A DNA stretch of 53,607 nucleotides from Burkholderiales bacterium (lineage in GTDB: Bacteria > Pseudomonadota > Gammaproteobacteria > Burkholderiales > SG8-39). A program made the translations under genes and the position numbers. Where the stretch lies: positions 1 through 53,607 of the forward strand of contig JBOIFE010000024.1 of the NCBI GenBank assembly GCA_050741015.1, read 5' to 3'. Shown one piece after another: positions 50,006 to 53,607 of the stretch; positions within the stretch are counted from its first letter, which is position 1; each line of letters begins with the position of its first letter. The notes under the pieces are model-generated. The model ran no database searches. It was not told where the DNA came from and saw only the letters and a list, made by a program, of their open reading frames with translations.

Positions 50006-53000
50006 TAGCCTTCCCTGACAGGATGCGGTGGCCGCGCCAGGGCGTCGGGCGCGCGGCGGCGCTGCAGCGATTCCTGCAGGCGCTCGAAGTATAGATAGAT
50101 CACCGGCGTGATGTAGAGCGTCAGCACCTGCGACAGCAGCAGCCCGCCGCACACGGCGAGGCCGAGCGGCTGGCGGGCGTCGCCGCCCACGCCGAAGGCG
50201 AGCGCGATCGGCAGGCTGCCCATCAGCGCCGCCATCGTGGTCATCATGATCGGCCGGAAGCGGATCAGGCAGGCTTCGCGGATCGCGTCGTGCGGCGCCC
50301 GGCCGCCGTGGCGCTGCGCCTCGATGGCGAAGTCGATCATCATGATCGCGTTCTTCTTCACGATGCCGATCAGCATGATCATGCCGACGAACGCATACAT
50401 GTTGAGCTCGATGCCGAACAGGCGCAGCGTCAGCAGCGCGCCGAGCGCCGCGGTCGGCAGGCCCGACAGGATCGTCAGCGGATGGATGAAGCTTTCGTAC
50501 AGGATGCCGAGCACGAGGTAGATGACGAGTATCGCGAGCGCGAGCAGGATGCCCATGCCCTGCAGCGAGTCCTGGAAGGCTTGCGCCGTGCCCGAGAAGC
50601 TGGTGCTCAGCGTCGCGGGCACCTGCAGATCGCGCATCGACGAATCGATGGTGTCGATCGCCTGCGACAGGGCGACGCCGTGGCGCAGATCGAAGGATAT
50701 CGTCACCGAGGGCAGCTGGCCCTGGTGGCTGACCGTGAGCGGTCCCACGCCGAAGGATAGCTTCGCCACGGCGTCGAGCGGCACCAGCGCGCCGCTCGAG
50801 GCGCGCAGGTAGAGCATCGGCAGCACCGAAGGCCCGGTCTGGAAGCGCGGCTCGACCTCGAGGATGACCCAGTACTGGTCAGAGGAGGTGTAGATCGTCG
50901 ACACCTGCTGCGACCCGTAGGCGGCGCCGAGCGCCGATTCGATCTGCAGCGCCGAGATGCCGAGCGCCGCGGCGCGCGCGCGGTCGATGTCGACACGCAC
51001 CTGGGGCTGGTGGATCTGCAGGTCGCTCGCGACGTCCACCAGCGACGGGATCTTCTTCAGCCGTTCCTCGATGCGGGGCACCCACCGGTAGAGCTCTTCC
51101 GAATCGGCGCTGCGCAGCAGGAACTGGTAGGGGCTCTTGGTCAGCAGCCCGATGCGGATCGTCGGGATGTTCTGGATGAACGCCTTCAGGCCGACGAGCT
51201 GCGCGAGCTTCGGACGCAACTGGCGTACGACGTCGTCGGCCGAGACGCGCTGCCGCCGCGGCTTGAGCGTGATGAAGAGCCGCCCGCGATTGAGCGACGG
51301 GTTGTTGCCACCGGCACCGATGAACGACATCACCCCCTCGACGTTCGGATTCTGGCGCACGATGTCGGCCGCCTGCCGCTGCAGATCGGCCATGGCCGTG
51401 TAGGAAATGTCCTGCGCCGCCTCGGTGAAGCAGAACAGCTGCCCGGTGTCCTCCGGCGGCAGGAAGCCCTTGGGCGTGCGGGAGAACAGCACGCCGGTCG
51501 CGACCGTGATCGCGAGGAAGACGACGAGCACCGTGCGCGTGTGGGCGAGCGACCAGTCGAGCGACACGCGGTAGCCCTCGCGCAGCGCGTCGAAGCCGCG
51601 CTCGATCACCCGGTACAGCGGACCGTGCGCGGCCTGGTGCTGCGGCCGCAGGATGCGCGCGCACATCATTGGCGTCAGCGTCAGCGACACGAAGCCGGAA
51701 ATGAGCACGGCGACGATGATTACGACCGCGAACTCGTGCAGCAGCCGGCCGATGATCCCGCCCATGAAGAACACGGGGATGAACACCGCGGCGAGCGAGA
51801 TCGTCATCGACAGGATCGTGAAGGAGACCTCGCGCGAGCCGTCGAGCGTGGCCTGCAGGCGCGACTTGCCCGCCTCCATGTGGCGCGAGATGTTCTCGAG
51901 CATCACGATCGCGTCGTCGACGACGAAGCCGACGCACAGCGTGAGCGCCATCAGCGAAATGTTGTCCAGGCTGTAGCCGAGCGCGTACATGACCGCGAAG
52001 GTGCCCACGATCGACATCGGCAGCGCCACGCTCGGGATCACGGTCGCCGGAATGTTGCGCAGGAACAGGAAGATCACCATCACCACCAGCGCGAGCGCGA
52101 GCAGCAGCGCGAACTGCACCTCCTCGACCGACTGCCGGATCACGACGCTGCGATCGAACAGCACCTCCATCTCGATGCCGGCGGGCACTTCCGCGCGAAA
52201 AGTCGGCAGCAGCTGGCGTACGGCGTCCACGACCTTGACGGTGTTGGTCCCGGGCTGCCGGTAGATGCCGAGGACGATGCCGCGCTTGTCCTTGAACCAG
52301 GCGGCCATCTTGTCGTTCTGCACCCCGTCGATGACCTGGCCGAGCTGCTCCAGGCGCACGGGGGCGCCGTCCCGGTAGGCGACGATCAGCGGGCGGAACG
52401 CCTGGGCGTCGAATAGCTGACCGTTCGCTTGCACGGCGTAGAGGCGGTCCTTGCCGTACAGCGTGCCGGTCGGCAGGTTGACGTTGGCCTGCGCCACCGC
52501 CTGCTGCACTTCGTTGATGCCGATGCCGCGCGCGGCGAGCCTGTTGGGATCGACCTGGACGCGAACCGCGTACTTCTGTTGGCCGTAGACCTGTACCTGC
52601 GCCACGCCGGTGATGGTCGAGATGCGCTGCGCGAGGAATGTCTCGGCATATTCGTCCACGGTCGACAGCGGCATCGTTTCGGAAGTGAGCGCGAGGTAGA
52701 ACACCGCGAAATCGCCGGGATTGATCTTGCGAAACGACGGCGGCGCCGGCATCGAGGCCGGCAACTGGCGCGCGGTCGCGGCGATCGCGGAATTGACGTC
52801 CTGCGCGGCCGCGTCGATGTCGCGATCCAGCGCGAACTGCAGCGTGATCTGGCTGATACCGAAAGACGATGACGACGTCATGGACGTCAGCGCCGAAATC
52901 TGCCCGAGTTGGCGCTCCAGCGGCGCTGTGACCAGATTGCCCATGGTTTCGGGGTTCGCCCCCGGCAGTTGGGTCGTCACCTGAATGGTCGGGAAATCAA

Positions 53001-53118
53001 CCTGCGGCAGCGAGGAGACCGGCAGCCACCAATAGCCGAGCCAGCCGCCGAGCATCACGGCCAGCGCCAACAGGGTGGTCGCAATCGGGCGCTTGATAAA
53101 GGGGCCGGAGACGCTCAT
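50005..53118 (-). CDS. RND (HAE1) efflux transporter permease, AcrB/MdtB/MdtC-like
   Basis: 1037 aa. N-terminus FIKRPIATTLLALAVML, twelve TM segments and two large periplasmic loops. Confidence 0.95.
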   Translation of the reverse strand: MSVSGPFIKRPIATTLLALAVMLGGWLGYWWLPVSSLPQVDFPTIQVTTQLPGANPETMGNLVTAPLERQLGQISALTSMTSSSSFGISQITLQFALDRDIDAAAQDVNSAIAATARQLPASMPAPPSFRKINPGDFAVFYLALTSETMPLSTVDEYAETFLAQRISTITGVAQVQVYGQQKYAVRVQVDPNRLAARGIGINEVQQAVAQANVNLPTGTLYGKDRLYAVQANGQLFDAQAFRPLIVAYRDGAPVRLEQLGQVIDGVQNDKMAAWFKDKRGIVLGIYRQPGTNTVKVVDAVRQLLPTFRAEVPAGIEMEVLFDRSVVIRQSVEEVQFALLLALALVVMVIFLFLRNIPATVIPSVALPMSIVGTFAVMYALGYSLDNISLMALTLCVGFVVDDAIVMLENISRHMEAGKSRLQATLDGSREVSFTILSMTISLAAVFIPVFFMGGIIGRLLHEFAVVIIVAVLISGFVSLTLTPMMCARILRPQHQAAHGPLYRVIERGFDALREGYRVSLDWSLAHTRTVLVVFLAITVATGVLFSRTPKGFLPPEDTGQLFCFTEAAQDISYTAMADLQRQAADIVRQNPNVEGVMSFIGAGGNNPSLNRGRLFITLKPRRQRVSADDVVRQLRPKLAQLVGLKAFIQNIPTIRIGLLTKSPYQFLLRSADSEELYRWVPRIEERLKKIPSLVDVASDLQIHQPQVRVDIDRARAAALGISALQIESALGAAYGSQQVSTIYTSSDQYWVILEVEPRFQTGPSVLPMLYLRASSGALVPLDAVAKLSFGVGPLTVSHQGQLPSVTISFDLRHGVALSQAIDTIDSSMRDLQVPATLSTSFSGTAQAFQDSLQGMGILLALAILVIYLVLGILYESFIHPLTILSGLPTAALGALLTLRLFGIELNMYAFVGMIMLIGIVKKNAIMMIDFAIEAQRHGGRAPHDAIREACLIRFRPIMMTTMAALMGSLPIALAFGVGGDARQPLGLAVCGGLLLSQVLTLYITPVIYLYFERLQESLQRRRAPDALARPPHPVREG

Positions 53119-53127
53119 TCAGTGGAG

Positions 53128-53607
53128 CTACCCTCCGCCTTGCGCGGACCCCTTGCGGGACCTGCTTGTGGCGGCAGCCTTGCATCCTTCGGAAAGTGCG
53201 GCGGCGTTGTCTTGCAGACAGGTGCGCATGCCTTTGCCGCGTTCGACGTTGGGACAGAGCTTTTGGATATCCGCGGCGCAAGCAGCGCGGAAGCTTGCGC
53301 GCGCTTCTTCCTTCGCCGCTGCCGTGGCGGCTTGCCTTTCCGCTGTAGCGGCTTGTCTTTCTGTTGCGGCGGTTTCCTGCTCTTCGGGCGTTGCGACGGT
53401 GACTTCCGCGCCGTCCTTCAGGCGGCCGAAGCCGGTGGTGACCACGCGCTCGGAACTATCGAGACCCTTGGCGATGATCGCGGTCGTTTCGGTCTGATGC
53501 GTGACGGTGACCGGTCGCAGGCTGACACGGTCTTCCTCGGCCTTCTGCAGGACATAGACGAAGGTGCCGTTGGGGCCGCGTTGCACCGCGCCGGTCGGGA
53601 TCGTCAC
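53128..53607 (-). CDS. RND efflux periplasmic adaptor (MFP), C-terminal part with unusual extension (5' end outside window)
   Basis: The frame is open to the window edge. It carries the membrane-proximal MFP segment IPTGAVQRGPNGTFVYVL...VVTTGFGRLKDGAEV, then about 90 extra residues. Confidence 0.85.
   Translation of the reverse strand: MTIPTGAVQRGPNGTFVYVLQKAEEDRVSLRPVTVTHQTETTAIIAKGLDSSERVVTTGFGRLKDGAEVTVATPEEQETAATERQAATAERQAATAAAKEEARASFRAACAADIQKLCPNVERGKGMRTCLQDNAAALSEGCKAAATSRSRKGSAQGGG
53324..53365 (-). repeat. two tandem 21-nt coding repeats (heptad ERQAATA x2)
   Basis: GTGGCGGCTTGCCTTTCCGCT and GTAGCGGCTTGTCTTTCTGTT are 17/21 identical, and all four differences are transitions. Confidence 0.85.

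Noticed and set aside
53324-53365. Checked whether the tandem 21-nt repeats, or any other repeats, could be a CRISPR array or the end of a mobile element.
   Set aside because: There are only two adjacent in-frame copies with no spacers, inside a coding region. No inverted terminal repeats, transposase, integrase or tRNA-adjacent island boundaries were seen anywhere in the window.

Overview
This is a GC-rich proteobacterial chromosomal segment (about two-thirds G+C by eye, not computed). The gene organisation looks most like Betaproteobacteria. It is densely packed with about 55 protein-coding genes. I recognised no rRNA, tRNA, CRISPR array, transposase or integrase.

Gene order:
- 3' end of parB, then a complete F1Fo ATP synthase operon (atpIBEFHAGDC).
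- A GT4-like glycosyltransferase and a single-POTRA Omp85-family outer-membrane protein.
- A Gram-negative type (class GN) sortase with a divergent OmpR-type regulator and histidine kinase.
- HAD phosphatase, TauE/SafE exporter and a family III CoA-transferase.
- A peptide/nickel-type ABC importer in the unusual order ATPase-ATPase-SBP-permease-permease, then an MFS transporter.
- A tightly overlapped six-gene operon: class V aminotransferase, enoyl-CoA hydratase, NDP-forming acyl-CoA synthetase, small SCP2-like protein, alpha/beta hydrolase, MmgE/PrpD. It faces a YdiJ-like FAD/Fe-S oxidoreductase.
- A thioredoxin-fold protein coupled to lgt, then ilvD, DUF924 and cytochrome c551.
- A Liv-type branched-chain amino-acid ABC system.
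- An Fd-FNR-type reductase, an SDR epimerase-like protein, and cutA followed by a stand-alone DsbD alpha domain.
- hemB, engB, then cytochromes c4, c' and a dihaem c, then an ECF sigma/anti-sigma pair.
- An RND efflux operon read on the minus strand. The adaptor runs off the window, and the pump gene is translationally coupled to a NYN/LOTUS protein.

Most noteworthy findings:
- The sortase/two-component module has no adjacent target gene and sits beside a GT/Omp85 pair.
- The CoA-dependent operon has no assignable pathway.
- A NYN-LOTUS gene is fused into the RND operon.
- The RND adaptor carries a repeat-plus-4-Cys C-terminal extension.
- DsbD is truncated to its alpha domain.
- The dihaem cytochrome has a start-codon/terminator conflict.
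- The engB-hemB spacer is structured.

All functional calls rest on motif and architecture recognition by eye. No database search was run.
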